Shown one piece after another: positions 44,841-55,728 of a DNA stretch of 64,000 nucleotides; position 1 is the stretch's first letter, and each line of letters opens with the position of its first letter. Under the pieces are notes generated by a model. The model made no database searches. It was not told the origin of the DNA and saw only the letters and a program-made list of their open reading frames with translations. The stretch is taken from positions 372,001 through 436,000 of the forward strand of contig CBFDEM010000037.1 in the NCBI GenBank assembly GCA_965603825.1. The letters are read 5' to 3'. The position numbers and the translations under genes are program-made. Source of the DNA: Blepharisma stoltei ATCC 30299. Taxonomy: Eukaryota > Protista > Ciliophora.

Positions 44841-45968
44841 TTAAATTGCGTCTACCATTTCTTCATCTACCATACCAGAATCTTCAGTTTCCATAATTGT
44901 GCTCTCATCACAAATCATGCTCGAAACATTCGGATCCGCGTTTTCATCTTTCCAATTTTTATGTGTTTCTTTCTCATCATTTTTCCATTGTTTCGATATG
45001 CTCTTTGGAATAGGCTGAGCTCTGAAAATCATGCTTTTTCGCAGCTCAGATATTTCTTGTTGCTCTTTTAGTCTCCTTTCTTCTGCTTGCTGTCTCTCTA
45101 TATCATTTTTTATTTTTTCTTTTTCCAGCAGCTCTTTATCAAACAAAGCCCTTTGTTCAGCTCTTTTATCACTGTTTAACTCAATATCCATCGGATATAC
45201 AAGTGGGATTTCTGAAGATTTCACAGGGGTTGGGACTTTGTTACTCCATGGTCTCGCCTTAAATTGGCGATTGTTTTCCTCAGTGGATATCTGCTCGTTT
45301 ATTTGTTTTTCAAATTCTTGCTTTTTCGCACTTCCTCTAATTTCTGTTCTAAGGTTGAACTCTTGATGCTTTGTAGGAGTGAACATTTTCTTAGGGGTAA
45401 AAGGGGAAGAAAAATCTGGTGCTGGGCGGGCTTTAAAGCCAGGACTATCAAAGGTATGAGTATATTCGGACTTGTGAAGTGAGCTGAAAGGGGTTATATC
45501 TTGGAGAGTGCGTTTGTCAGGATTTGGGCTGAAGCAAAGTGAATGTCTATTTATAGGTGATGATAAATTAAACTCACGGGGAATAGTCAAAGGCCTGTCA
45601 CTGCTTCTCACAAATAGCATAGGCTGGTTATTTGACTTCGGGATTTTCCTTGCTTTGAATTTTGGCCTAAACACATCTTGCTCGATTTCTCTTTTTTTTG
45701 GAGTTTGAAACCCTGCTGATCTAGGAGTGCTCATAACCACCGAGTTATATTGGCTATACATTCTTTGATGATGCTCCATTTCTTCTTTAATTCTCCTTTT
45801 CTCTTCTTCAACCTTTTGGAATTCAATTTCTTCAGAAGTCATCCATTGCGTTTTATTGTCGAGCTTTCTTTTTTTAACGCTTTTAACAGTGTCCTTAAAA
45901 AATCTCTTTTTTGCTCCACTTCTTGGTTTATCTTCCTCATACTCGTCAAGATATTTTTCAAAATTCAT
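44841..45968 (-). CDS. TPX2-like microtubule-associated protein (375 aa)
   Basis: Repeated FKAR(K/P) and LTIPREFNL/EFNLRTEIR motifs; C-terminal RAEQRALFD...E..ELRKSMIFRAQPIP TPX2 domain. Confidence 0.78.
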   Translation of the reverse strand: MNFEKYLDEYEEDKPRSGAKKRFFKDTVKSVKKRKLDNKTQWMTSEEIEFQKVEEEKRRIKEEMEHHQRMYSQYNSVVMSTPRSAGFQTPKKREIEQDVFRPKFKARKIPKSNNQPMLFVRSSDRPLTIPREFNLSSPINRHSLCFSPNPDKRTLQDITPFSSLHKSEYTHTFDSPGFKARPAPDFSSPFTPKKMFTPTKHQEFNLRTEIRGSAKKQEFEKQINEQISTEENNRQFKARPWSNKVPTPVKSSEIPLVYPMDIELNSDKRAEQRALFDKELLEKEKIKNDIERQQAEERRLKEQQEISELRKSMIFRAQPIPKSISKQWKNDEKETHKNWKDENADPNVSSMICDESTIMETEDSGMVDEEMVDAI

Positions 45969-46006
45969 TTAAAATATTATTAACGGATTTGCGGAATCCA
46001 AAATTA

Positions 46007-47053
46007 TTAGTTAAAATGTGCAATTGTTGCGTTATGGAAGTCACCAAAAGTCATGCCTTTTGAGAAGCGAGATCTTAGGGATGGAATTCCTTCATGTTCT
46101 ATAAAAATTTTGGAATAGTCATCAGGAACTCTTAAGTTTAAATCAGGTCTTGGCTCCATGAAAACTGCAAAGGTGTTTCTGGAGATATCAGCGAAACTTC
46201 CTCCGGTTAAAACAGAATGGGGAGTAGCCTGAAGATGTCCGTTTGAAAGAATTTGAGACGTCTCTGCTATTTGGAATAGCAATAAATCACTCGTTAGCTG
46301 AGCCTTAAGGATTTCTCCTTTCCGATTTCTTATGAAAAGTCCAGTCTGCTGGTCTGGAAGCTCATTTGGAGAGATAACTTCACCAGTAATTTGGTTAATA
46401 TATAAAGGGCATGTCAGACCTGTAAGGGAAGAATGGTCATTATGCCAGCCGCACCACTCATGGGTGGACCCTACTTGAGGGAAATAATGAAGAAGTCTCC
46501 CAACTGAACTTTTGTGATTTTTAATTATATCTTCTAACAATCCAGGCTGATAATCGCTATAACGGGCTAACACATATTTGTCTAAATGCTTTGCCAATAG
46601 AGCTCCGACTCTCATTATTTCCTGTCCAAGCTCTCTAAAAGCAGTTCTAAGTCCTGGCAAAGTTTGAGGCCAGACATTGTCATGAAATGCTCCTTGGTAT
46701 TTTGGAGCTTTATCGACCTCTGGATTTGCATAAAAAGAGCCTTTAGAGAAATCAGGAGTTCCTTCATAAAACTCTTTTCCATGGCTCCATCCAACTGTAT
46801 ATTTTATTTCAGGAAGTTCCAACTTCTGCTTTTCTGCATCAGGAAGCAATGCGAGATGTCGGGCATAGGGTAAAAGGGCCATTCGCTTTTCTTGGTAACC
46901 AGGAATATTTTCCACAGTGATAATTCCTAAGCCATTTGCTCCATACCCTTCTTCTATTTTGCTATCAATATTCGCATCACTTAGAAGCTCTTGGTAAGAT
47001 ACTTTTACAGGTCTAAAACTACTGATAAACCTCGCAAGATGTCTGGTGAACAT
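46007..47053 (-). CDS. 2-oxoglutarate/Fe(II)-dependent dioxygenase (IPNS-like), probably mitochondrial, 348 aa
   Basis: ATG 47053 (MFTRHLARF); GWSHGKE, GRLLHYFP, WCGWHNDHSSLTGL (HxD), LQATPHSV, SRNTFAVFMEP. Confidence 0.88.
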   Translation of the reverse strand: MFTRHLARFISSFRPVKVSYQELLSDANIDSKIEEGYGANGLGIITVENIPGYQEKRMALLPYARHLALLPDAEKQKLELPEIKYTVGWSHGKEFYEGTPDFSKGSFYANPEVDKAPKYQGAFHDNVWPQTLPGLRTAFRELGQEIMRVGALLAKHLDKYVLARYSDYQPGLLEDIIKNHKSSVGRLLHYFPQVGSTHEWCGWHNDHSSLTGLTCPLYINQITGEVISPNELPDQQTGLFIRNRKGEILKAQLTSDLLLFQIAETSQILSNGHLQATPHSVLTGGSFADISRNTFAVFMEPRPDLNLRVPDDYSKIFIEHEGIPSLRSRFSKGMTFGDFHNATIAHFN

Positions 47054-47269
47054 AAAATATGGTTGATCCACATAAATGATTTTAAAATATCTTATTAATC
47101 AAAATTTAATTTAGCTAAAAATCTTGACTATATTTTAACATGTATAAGCCTCATTAAGCCCAGAAAAAGGAATAAATTATTTTTGAATTTTTTTAAATGA
47201 AATAATATTTTGTTCAATAATTCTACTTATCAGACCTTATTTTTTTAACGATTATATACGTTTCTCAAT

Positions 47270-47782
47270 ATGGGTACTTGCATTGGTCGAGATGATTGTA
47301 GGACCTACTACAAATCAATATATGACATTTCAATAGAAGATATAGACGGTAATGAAATCAAGTTGTCAACATTTCAAAACCAGGTTTTATTGATAGTGAA
47401 CGTCGCAACTTATTGCGGACTGACTGACAAAAATTATTTTCAATTAGAAGAATTATATGAAAAGTATAACTCAAAAGGGTTCAATGTGATAGCTTTCCCT
47501 TGCAATCAGTTCTTATTCCAAGAGCCAAGGGAAGAGGCCAAGATCAAGGCTTTTGTTAAGTCTAAAGGCGCCAGATTCATATTATGCAAAAAAACTCAAA
47601 TCAACGGAGATAAAGCTCATGACTTATTCAAATACTTGAGGCAGAACAGTAAACTGAGAGGAGGAAGAATAGGATGGAATTTTGGGAAGTTTCTAGTGGA
47701 CAAAAACGGTGATATTTATAACTACTATAGCCCTGGGACAGAGCCAGAGTTAATAAAACCCGACATCGAGAGGCTCATTTAA
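47270..47782 (+). CDS. Glutathione/thioredoxin peroxidase (Cys-type PHGPx-like)
   Basis: LIVNVATYCGLT (TGC), AFPCNQF..QEP and IGWNFGKFLVD; MGTC N-terminus. Confidence 0.93.
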   Translation: MGTCIGRDDCRTYYKSIYDISIEDIDGNEIKLSTFQNQVLLIVNVATYCGLTDKNYFQLEELYEKYNSKGFNVIAFPCNQFLFQEPREEAKIKAFVKSKGARFILCKKTQINGDKAHDLFKYLRQNSKLRGGRIGWNFGKFLVDKNGDIYNYYSPGTEPELIKPDIERLI

Positions 47783-47831
47783 CCAGATCAGAATTATTAA
47801 AATATTTATAAAAAACCAAGTTATGTTTTCT

Positions 47832-48443
47832 TTAAATTGAAAAATCCAGTAGATCGCTTAGAATTTCCCCACAAGCAGCGCCAGCATTTATATAGTTATT
47901 ATTACCAGCATTTTCTACTAATTTCTCCCAATTCTCTATTATCTGCGCATAGCTGGCTCCAAAATTCACTATGAGATTTCCGAACCCATCTTCAGTAAAT
48001 AAATTTGGTAAAATGGTTGATAAATAGTTACCCCCACATAAATCCCAGGAATTTACAAGCTTATTGTTGTAATAGTTAAAATTGGTGATGGCTGCGAATA
48101 GATAGTTCAGATTTAGTTCAGTGAAAATGGAAATTATACTTTGACGCAGCTGAGAATAAGAATAGGAAAGAGGGGTAAAAGAATTGACACAAAAACCAGG
48201 AGAAATTGGGTTTTCTTGAATTCCTAGGTATATTCCATAGAAAAAGTCTTGGAATCCTGAGCCTAACAAATTTTCTGATCCTTTGAAGTTAGCAAGCTCT
48301 ATTGCTTTTGTGATTAGGTAAAATACGCATTTTTGACTTTTGGGGTCTGAGCATATTTTTTCAAACTCTTTTATTGAAGCGTGCGCCGATGAAGGAATTG
48401 CTAGAGCTAAAGAAAGGCAGATAAAGATAACTAAGTATTTCAT
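47832..48443 (-). CDS. Secreted helical Cys-containing hypothetical protein (203 aa)
   Basis: Signal peptide MKYLVIFICLSLALA; F..G...G.Q......C and NY..AG...G.IL pattern seen in ciliate secreted families (from memory). Confidence 0.7.
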   Translation of the reverse strand: MKYLVIFICLSLALAIPSSAHASIKEFEKICSDPKSQKCVFYLITKAIELANFKGSENLLGSGFQDFFYGIYLGIQENPISPGFCVNSFTPLSYSYSQLRQSIISIFTELNLNYLFAAITNFNYYNNKLVNSWDLCGGNYLSTILPNLFTEDGFGNLIVNFGASYAQIIENWEKLVENAGNNNYINAGAACGEILSDLLDFSI

Positions 48444-48877
48444 ATTAATTCTTCACCCTTTTAAATTATATTCAAGATTCAATTAAACGATAAATTATAA
48501 TTATTTGATTCTGATCTCAATATAAGAACTGTAATAGCAGCATGATAACAAGTGAAAAAATATCAATGCGATTGAATATATTAAATAATCATCTGCTCAA
48601 TTTTATTCGTGCACATGAAACCGAAATTTTCATAAATTATAAGATTTTAAAAACTAACCAAATTTTTATTGCAAAGCATAGCAGCATCTTAAATGACCTT
48701 AAAATGATTAATAGTTCTGAGCAAATTTAAAGACGGTCATTAAATGAAATAATCATTTGAAATCATTTTCAACAATTGATTAGCAATGCTTTTTCTTTGA
48801 ACTGAATTTTGTTCTACAGCTGTTTTAGCCTTTATCTTGTTGTGATTTTCATACTCATAAGAGCAGTTAATTATAAT

Positions 48878-50953
48878 ATGGTAGATCGAACAAAAGTTGA
48901 AGTTAAGCTAGATTTTCCTATATCCCTTGAAGATATCCTTAGCGTTTCCGTTAATACCAACAATTTCAAACTTGTATTTGACTTTATCCTAGATATTCTC
49001 AGAAAGCATGAAAACGTGATGCGCGATATAAAGTAACCTCTAATTAGAAATATTACAAATTCTGAAGGCTTATCTTCAGAGATATCAAAAATTAAAGAAA
49101 TGCTTGCAGCTCAACAGCAAGATATTGATGAGATGAAGAAAATTTCTACAGAGCAAAACACCAAAATACAAAGCATTGATGACAAGCTAAATGATGGTTT
49201 CAAGCGTCATGATATTTCTCTTGAAGACATATATCAGCGCCTTGACCAGCACCAAGAACAGCTAAACAATCAAGTCAGACAAATCGATACCTTAAGGATT
49301 GAAGTTGAAGACGAAGCAAAGCGAATTTCAGAAAATGAAATAAAAATGAAGGAAATTCAAAATAAAACTGAAAAAAACGTGTCAGATATCAATGATCATG
49401 AGCTTAGGTTGAGAGTTTTAGAACAAAATATTGATGATATCATCAACGGTATTAGGAATGGCTCACTCTCTAACAATAAAAAAAGCAGCGAAGCTAATGA
49501 TGAGTCAAAACGATTTTCAGATCAATCAAGGACAAACATTTCAAATGATATAACAAGAGAAGTAAGAGACCTCAATATTAAGCTAAGAGAGCTTGAAAGC
49601 AAGCTGAAATCAGTTGATGAGAAATCTGAAGACGCTAAAATAATCGCTGATAGAGCTGACCAAAGAACAGCTTTCCATGATAGCAAAATCACTGAACTTG
49701 AAGAATCTATAAGAAAATTAGAACACTTATATAAGCGATTTGATAGCAATGGACAATCAGTTTCAGATGAACTAGATTCATTGAAAAAACTTTTCAGACA
49801 ATTTGAAGAAACCTTAAGGCAGAAAGTGGACGTAGAAGATTTTGATCAGCTTAAATCAATGCTTCAAAACCAAGGAGGCAGTGCAGGAGGACATCCTCAG
49901 CCTAGCAATTCTGGAGGATCTATTTCTACTAAAGACTTAAATTTATTGAGGGAACTTGGAAAACGATATGATGATCTCAGAGAAAAGCTGGAATCATTAA
50001 GTGGGGTTAATCCTCAGCTTATTGATGATATTTTGAGCAGAATAAGCAAGCTTGAAGAAACTATCATTAAAAAAGCTGATAAAAGCGATTTAGATGAACT
50101 TAAAAGTCTTTTAAGCAAACTTAAAAGCGACATTGAACGGCATGAAAGATCAATCAGAAGCCTAGAGGAAAGGCCAATTTCTTTTGGAGCCAGTGGAGAA
50201 GACATAGGAGCCAGTGGCGCTGATTCTTCTAAAATTAACTCTTTATCAAGAAGAATTGCAGTCATTGAAGAGCAACTTCGATTACTAGTGCTCCCTGAAG
50301 GCATTGATTTAATTCACATGTGAAATCTTCTACAAAGAGCTACAGAAGATATAAAAGAACTGAAAGAAAAGTTTGAAAAAATGTATAAAGAATTTTGAAC
50401 AAAAATAAAAGAACTTAATGACTTATTCTCAGGCCAAGCAAGCCAAGAAGACCTTAAAAATCTTGAAAAAAGCTTGCAAGAAAAAGTCATTGCAGTCTGC
50501 GATGCAATGGGCAAAAAATTTGCAGATAAAACAGACACGAAAAAAGCTTTGAAATATTTAGAAAGGCTAATAAGAGAAATTTATGAGTCGCCTGGCAAAG
50601 AAAGAAGAGATGGGGAAGATGCAATGCTGGCTAAAAAGCCATTGGGCGGCTGGTCTTGTGCATCATGTGAAAAACAGCTTGAGAAATTAGCAGGAAAAGT
50701 CGCAAATTATCAGCCTTGAAACAAAATGCCTCATCGTGATCCCGCAGATCGCATTGCGAGAGCTGGCCCTGGGTTCTCTAGGATGCTTGCAACGGTAAAC
50801 CCAGAGATGCTGAGCAATCGCACAAGAACTTCTCACTATCATGCCCAGTCACCAATAAATTCTCATTTTGAAGAAGATATGCCAGGAAACAACTCTGATA
50901 TGGTAAACTTACCTCCTGTTCGTGGAGGAGAACGCCCAACAAGTTCGAGTTAA
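48878..50953 (+). CDS. Long coiled-coil protein with C-terminal CxxC (DUF4795/QRICH2-like) region, 686 aa, one 15-nt intron
   Basis: ATG 48878; intron 49033-49047; TGA(Trp) at 50321, 50396 and 50717; KKFADK.DTKKALKYLE, DAMLAKKPLGGWSCASCEK, GPGFSRML. Confidence 0.8.
49033..49047 (+). other. 15-nt GT-AG intron
   Basis: gtaacctctaattag, phase 2; gives an in-frame TAA if retained. Confidence 0.82.
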
Positions 50954-51035
50954 TTAGTTTTAATTCTTATATAAATGATAAGCGAAAATTATTCAATCTT
51001 AAAAATCAGCATTTTAAACATAAATTTAATCATTG

Positions 51036-51824
51036 ATGATCAAACTCCTAAAAAGGGCTTTTAGCATACTAGGACCACAATCTGCCAAAGATCAAGGTAA
51101 GCTAACAGTGGTTTTGGACTTAGATGAAACTCTTGGCTATGTATATCACCCAGAAGACGTATGTGGGTATCAATATCAGCCAGATATAAAAGAAGATGCA
51201 GTGATTGATTTAAAAACACACAAAACTCAGCTGTTCATATATAAGAGACCTCATCTACAAGAGTTTCTAGAGCTGCTTGATGAACACTTTGAACCAATTC
51301 TCTGGTCAACTGGCGAAAAAGAGTACACCGATCTTGTAGCTGATGTGATTGACCCTAAAGGGATATTTAGACAAAGGCTTTACCAAGATGACTGCACCTA
51401 TCAAAGAGTCTGGAACTACCCTCAGTATGAATTTCTTAAAGACATAAGAGCACTTCGAAATGATGTATCTAGAACAGTGATTATTGACGATGATTGGCAA
51501 GGAATGTATTTTCAGCCTGATAATTATTTGAATATCGACAAATTCGAAGCTTATTATCAAGACGATTGGCTAAAGAATGATATTCCAAGATTTTTAATGG
51601 AAATGAAAGATTTGCCTGATATAAGACCGTATTTGAGAGCGAGGTTCATGATGAAATATGCATGGGCAAAGGAAGGGCAGCTATATGAGCTGACAGATGA
51701 AGATGTGCAATGGGCAAAATATATGGGGAAGTATAATCACACTCACTATAAAGAATTAAAGTCAAAATATGATCAGCTATTCGAGCCAGGCCACAAACTT
51801 CTTCCAAGCAATAAGTTATGGTAA
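51036..51824 (+). CDS. FCP1/SCP (NIF)-family HAD phosphatase with mitochondrial-type presequence (Tim50/CTDSP-like), 262 aa
   Basis: LTVVLDLDETL (intact DxDxT), KRPHL.EFL, YTD.V.D.IDP, RLYQDDC, KDI..L..D.SRTVIIDD; N-terminus MIKLLKRAFS. Confidence 0.82.
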   Translation: MIKLLKRAFSILGPQSAKDQGKLTVVLDLDETLGYVYHPEDVCGYQYQPDIKEDAVIDLKTHKTQLFIYKRPHLQEFLELLDEHFEPILWSTGEKEYTDLVADVIDPKGIFRQRLYQDDCTYQRVWNYPQYEFLKDIRALRNDVSRTVIIDDDWQGMYFQPDNYLNIDKFEAYYQDDWLKNDIPRFLMEMKDLPDIRPYLRARFMMKYAWAKEGQLYELTDEDVQWAKYMGKYNHTHYKELKSKYDQLFEPGHKLLPSNKLW

Positions 51825-51922
51825 ACATTAAAAATTTAATATCATTGCCTCTTTGTAAAATTCAAGAATTTAATACTAATTTAACTTTAAAAAAATAATA
51901 AGCCGATTAAATGCTGGCTGGT

Positions 51923-52819
51923 TTATTTCTTAGGCTTATTAAATATAGAGTTTAAGAAGTCAACAGACAGCAAAGTGATGATTGCATGAGGAGCAATACG
52001 GACCACATAGGTGCTGAACCCAACGTAGTATCCAAGGAACCCTTCATTTCTCAGGGATCTCATAAAGCAGTCCATGAAACTCTTATATGGATAAGTTCCA
52101 TCAGGCTTCTTAGCCATTCTTTGGAATTTGGTTTTCACATTATCAAAAGGCAGAGAAAAGACGCAAGCGAAAAATGCAGCAATAAATGAGGATGCTATTC
52201 TGATGCCATTGAACTCGCCGAAATTCTTAGTCAGCATTTCCTTAGCCTGATCATAAGGACCTAGCATGCCAAAGTTGATAGCCATGGCTCTGTAAATAGT
52301 TGGGGTTGACCCTCTCCACATACTGAAGAACCCTTCTTCCTTTATAATTCTAGAAAGAGCGTTAACAACGCCAGTGTAGTGTCTTCTTTGTGCTTCTGGC
52401 AGAGTATGATCACTTTGCATTCTAATTAAAGCGAGATCAGCTGGGTTTCCAATAAGAGCTGCGAAGCCTCCTGCAAATAGAGAATAAGCACCCTTCTGCC
52501 ATGCTGGGACAACTCCTTTATTCATTTCAGCACCCCAGTCCATCAAAGACTTATAAGTGCCCATTCTTGTAGTTGTATAAGTGGCTTGTCTTAGCAACGC
52601 AGAGTCCAAGCCAGTGTAGAGTCTCCTCACTCCAAATTCGCTAATTGTTTGCTTCAAAATGGTGAAAGGATTTGGACGCGCACCTTTAACACCTTCTCCT
52701 TTGATTTGGAGCTGAACTTTAACAAAATCTATTGGCTGGACGACAGATGTGGCAATCATGCCAGCTGCGCCCCCAATTATGTAGTTTTTTATGATACTTG
52801 GCTTCTTATCCCCTGACAT
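51923..52819 (-). CDS. Mitochondrial 2-oxoglutarate/malate (dicarboxylate-tricarboxylate) carrier, SLC25A11-like
   Basis: Three PxDxxKxx motifs (PIDFVKVQ, PADLALIR, PFDNVKTK), LLRQATYTTTRMG, RIAPH. Confidence 0.93.
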   Translation of the reverse strand: MSGDKKPSIIKNYIIGGAAGMIATSVVQPIDFVKVQLQIKGEGVKGARPNPFTILKQTISEFGVRRLYTGLDSALLRQATYTTTRMGTYKSLMDWGAEMNKGVVPAWQKGAYSLFAGGFAALIGNPADLALIRMQSDHTLPEAQRRHYTGVVNALSRIIKEEGFFSMWRGSTPTIYRAMAINFGMLGPYDQAKEMLTKNFGEFNGIRIASSFIAAFFACVFSLPFDNVKTKFQRMAKKPDGTYPYKSFMDCFMRSLRNEGFLGYYVGFSTYVVRIAPHAIITLLSVDFLNSIFNKPKK

Positions 52820-52980
52820 TTATTAGCCAATGGAGGCATTTTGGATATTTGACGGATTTTACGTCATATAAGAAATAAAGCTAAAACAGTCAATAGGACT
52901 TTATGACTTGTATTATAGAAATTTAGAAAAAATATTTCAAATATTGAGTAATAGCTTAGTTAGCTTTATCCTCAACTCAT

Positions 52981-53454
52981 CTATTCTTCTGGAGTAATTT
53001 CTTCATCCTCCCCACCTTCTTCAGCTGCAGCCTCTATTTCCAGGTACTTCTTTTTGAGTCCTTCCCAGTCATGATAAAGTTCATCGTTGTTTACATATTT
53101 GATTGCATTCATTTCAATATCCATGTTATAATGCCCAAAGAAAGTCCCAGTGTATGGAACTTCAAGCCAAATGAAGTAGAGAAAAGCACTAGAAACCCAA
53201 AATCCTGCGAAAATCCAAAAATATCTGTAGTGGGATGGTCTCTGATGCAAAACAGTCATACCGTGGTCTTCATAGTCGTAGGATTCAGAGGCATAATCAA
53301 AACCGTGGTCAACTTTCTTCTCCATTGAGATTACTTCAACTGGAGGAATGCCGAATGGGTACCTAATAAAGTCGGTTTGGAACTCTGGCTTCTCGTGGAT
53401 TTTTAATCTTAAGAATGGAGCACGAGCTATTGATCGCAAGCTCTTGGTAAACAT
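52981..53454 (-). CDS. Probable mitochondrial single-pass membrane protein (157 aa)
   Basis: ATG 53454 gives MFTKSLRSIARAP presequence, one TM helix (YFWIFAGFWVSSAFLYFIW) and an acidic tail. Could be a divergent respiratory-complex subunit (inference). Confidence 0.7.
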   Translation of the reverse strand: MFTKSLRSIARAPFLRLKIHEKPEFQTDFIRYPFGIPPVEVISMEKKVDHGFDYASESYDYEDHGMTVLHQRPSHYRYFWIFAGFWVSSAFLYFIWLEVPYTGTFFGHYNMDIEMNAIKYVNNDELYHDWEGLKKKYLEIEAAAEEGGEDEEITPEE

Positions 53455-54312
53455 TTTATTATTGCTTAAATTATGAAAAAGTATAGATGAGGATCGTGAA
53501 AATGCATGAATCACTTGGCAGTAATGAAAATTTTATTGTTGAAACTGTGGGAGAATCTGATGTGTGGTTTAGATATTTCATAAGTCAGGAAATAATTGGA
53601 TTTGCTCTATTTTCTTCGATAATTATGCGCTGCAAAAGCTTAGTCGTATGAATTAAATACATATTTAAGAATTCTATCTGAATTTGCATTATATAGTTTA
53701 TTATAATATGCATTTAACGAGAGATTTCATTTCTCATATTTAAATAGATATTTCCTCCTAGTATAGTTAGATATGTTTGATAGGTATTTGCCATTAATTT
53801 TTTTCTTATGCTTTGTAAAGCTTGAATGCCTATATATAAATAAAATTCCCATCATTTATAGTAAAACTTAGTGGGTTTACCCACTTATGGCCAATCGTTT
53901 ATTTTAATTTATAGACTAATTGCATTTGCTAATTTGAAGAATAGTAATAAGTAGCTTGGGTATTTGCTTGTTCTTTATTATTAAGGACTCTTTTTGGGTT
54001 TATAAGCATGATTTTTTTTGATTGAATTCACTATAAGAAAACAGATATAAATAGTTATTAAAGCTACCTATGATACAGAGTAAGCGATAAGGTATTATAT
54101 ATATCAATAAATCTGCTGATAAAATATTTAAACAACATATTTATATAAATCGCAGTACCTTTATTCTTATTAGACAGAAAGTTTGAAATGGAGATTGTTT
54201 TATGATTGACCAGTATCGATAGTTAAAATCATGCTAGAGAATCCAGCAAACGACGAAAAATTTTCTAGTTTTATTTTGCAAAGCCTTTATGTTGCAACAA
54301 TTTTACTAATAA

Positions 54313-55653
54313 ATGGAATTCCAGGAATATAAGTATAGATGGGTTATTTTGCTACTTTACTGCTTAGCTGAAGCGATGAATGCAATGGTATGAATTACTT
54401 GCTCTTCTATTACCTCAGTCATAAGCAAAGTAAAATACGATTAGACCTATAATGTTAGCACCTTTGCTGTTGCCTTGTGCTCCTTAGTATATATGATTGC
54501 ATATATTCCTCTCGTATTTCCTTCTAATTACATTCTTGACACTTATGGTTTAAAAGCAGGAGTATTTTTCAAATAGACAATAATTGGAATTGGCATTACT
54601 ACACTTGGAGCTTGATTTCATGTGGGTGCGTATGATAACTTTTGGAGCATTTTGGTCGGTAGCATTTTGGGAGGAATTGGGCAGCCATTTCTTTTGAATG
54701 CTCCTGCTAAGCTAGCTGCCTTTTGGTTTAGACCAAACACTGTAAAACCTAAATAGAGAGCAATTGCAACAACAATTGGATCTGTATCAAACCCAATAGG
54801 AATAGCTATAGGTTTTGGATTGCCTGGAATTATAGTTACAAGCAGCAAATCAAAAGAAGAAATTGGAAATTTAATGCTTGTTGAAGCCTGCCTGTCTACT
54901 GCTGTATGCATAAGTTGCATCATATTTTTTAAATCGAAACCTAAAACTCCTCCAAGCAACTCAGCAGACATGAAAAGAGAAGAATTTCTACCTTCAATGA
55001 AGCAATTACTCAAAAACAAGAATTTTATTATGCTCTTTATTTTCTTTGCTATGGGGCAAGGAGCACTCAATGCATTTGCAACTTTACTTGACCAAATCAG
55101 CAAGCCTTATGGGTTTTCCTCATCTGATAATAGTTTATTTGGAGCTCTTGTCATCATTTTTGGGCTTATTGGCTCTGGAATTGCAGGAGGAATTGTAGCA
55201 GTAACCCAGAGATATAGAATAAGCTGTTTAGTTATTGCTTTTGGATCGCTTGGAGGAATAGTTGCATTTCTAGCAGTTCTGCCCTTAGAATCAACATTGT
55301 GATCAGCAATTTTTGCTTCAGTACTTGGATTGCTATTGATGCCAATCCTCCCAGTATCATTTGAATTTGTGTGTGAAGTAACATTTCCAATTGGAGAAGC
55401 CATGAGTGGAGGGTTTTTAAACTGAGGAGGACAGATTGTTGGGATAGCTGAGGTGGGGCTTTCATATTTGCTGTCAAATCAAGCAATAATTGTCGGAATC
55501 ATATGCTCTTCTGGGATTTTACTTGGGGGATTGTGTATGGTGTTTGTAAAGCAAGATTTAAGAAGGACGAACAACGATAAGGTTCATAATCTTAACAACG
55601 AACTGCATTATGAGGGATTAGTTAGCATGTTGAGTGGAGAATTAACACACTAA
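54313..55653 (+). CDS. MFS transporter, FLVCR/SLC49-like (431 aa), three 15-nt introns
   Basis: YKYRWVIL...NAMVWIT, IGQPFLLNAPAKLAAFWF..., RAIATTIGS..NPIG.AIGF..P, PKTPPS, EF.CEVTFPIGEA.S.G; four TGA(Trp). Confidence 0.9.
54430..54444 (+). other. 15-nt GT-AG intron
   Basis: gtaaaatacgattag, phase 0. Confidence 0.8.
54562..54576 (+). other. 15-nt GT-AG intron
   Basis: gtatttttcaaatag, phase 0. Confidence 0.85.
54742..54756 (+). other. 15-nt GT-AG intron
   Basis: gtaaaacctaaatag, phase 0. Confidence 0.85.
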
Positions 55654-55728
55654 AACTACTTAATTATTATCCAAAGCTTCTTGGTCTATTGGCTAAACTC
55701 CTTATTTCTATTTAAAATCTATTTATAT

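Noticed and set aside
47270-47782. Selenocysteine GPx or SECIS-driven UGA recoding
   Set aside because: The peroxidatic codon is TGC (Cys), the gene has no TGA, and TGAs elsewhere align to Trp.
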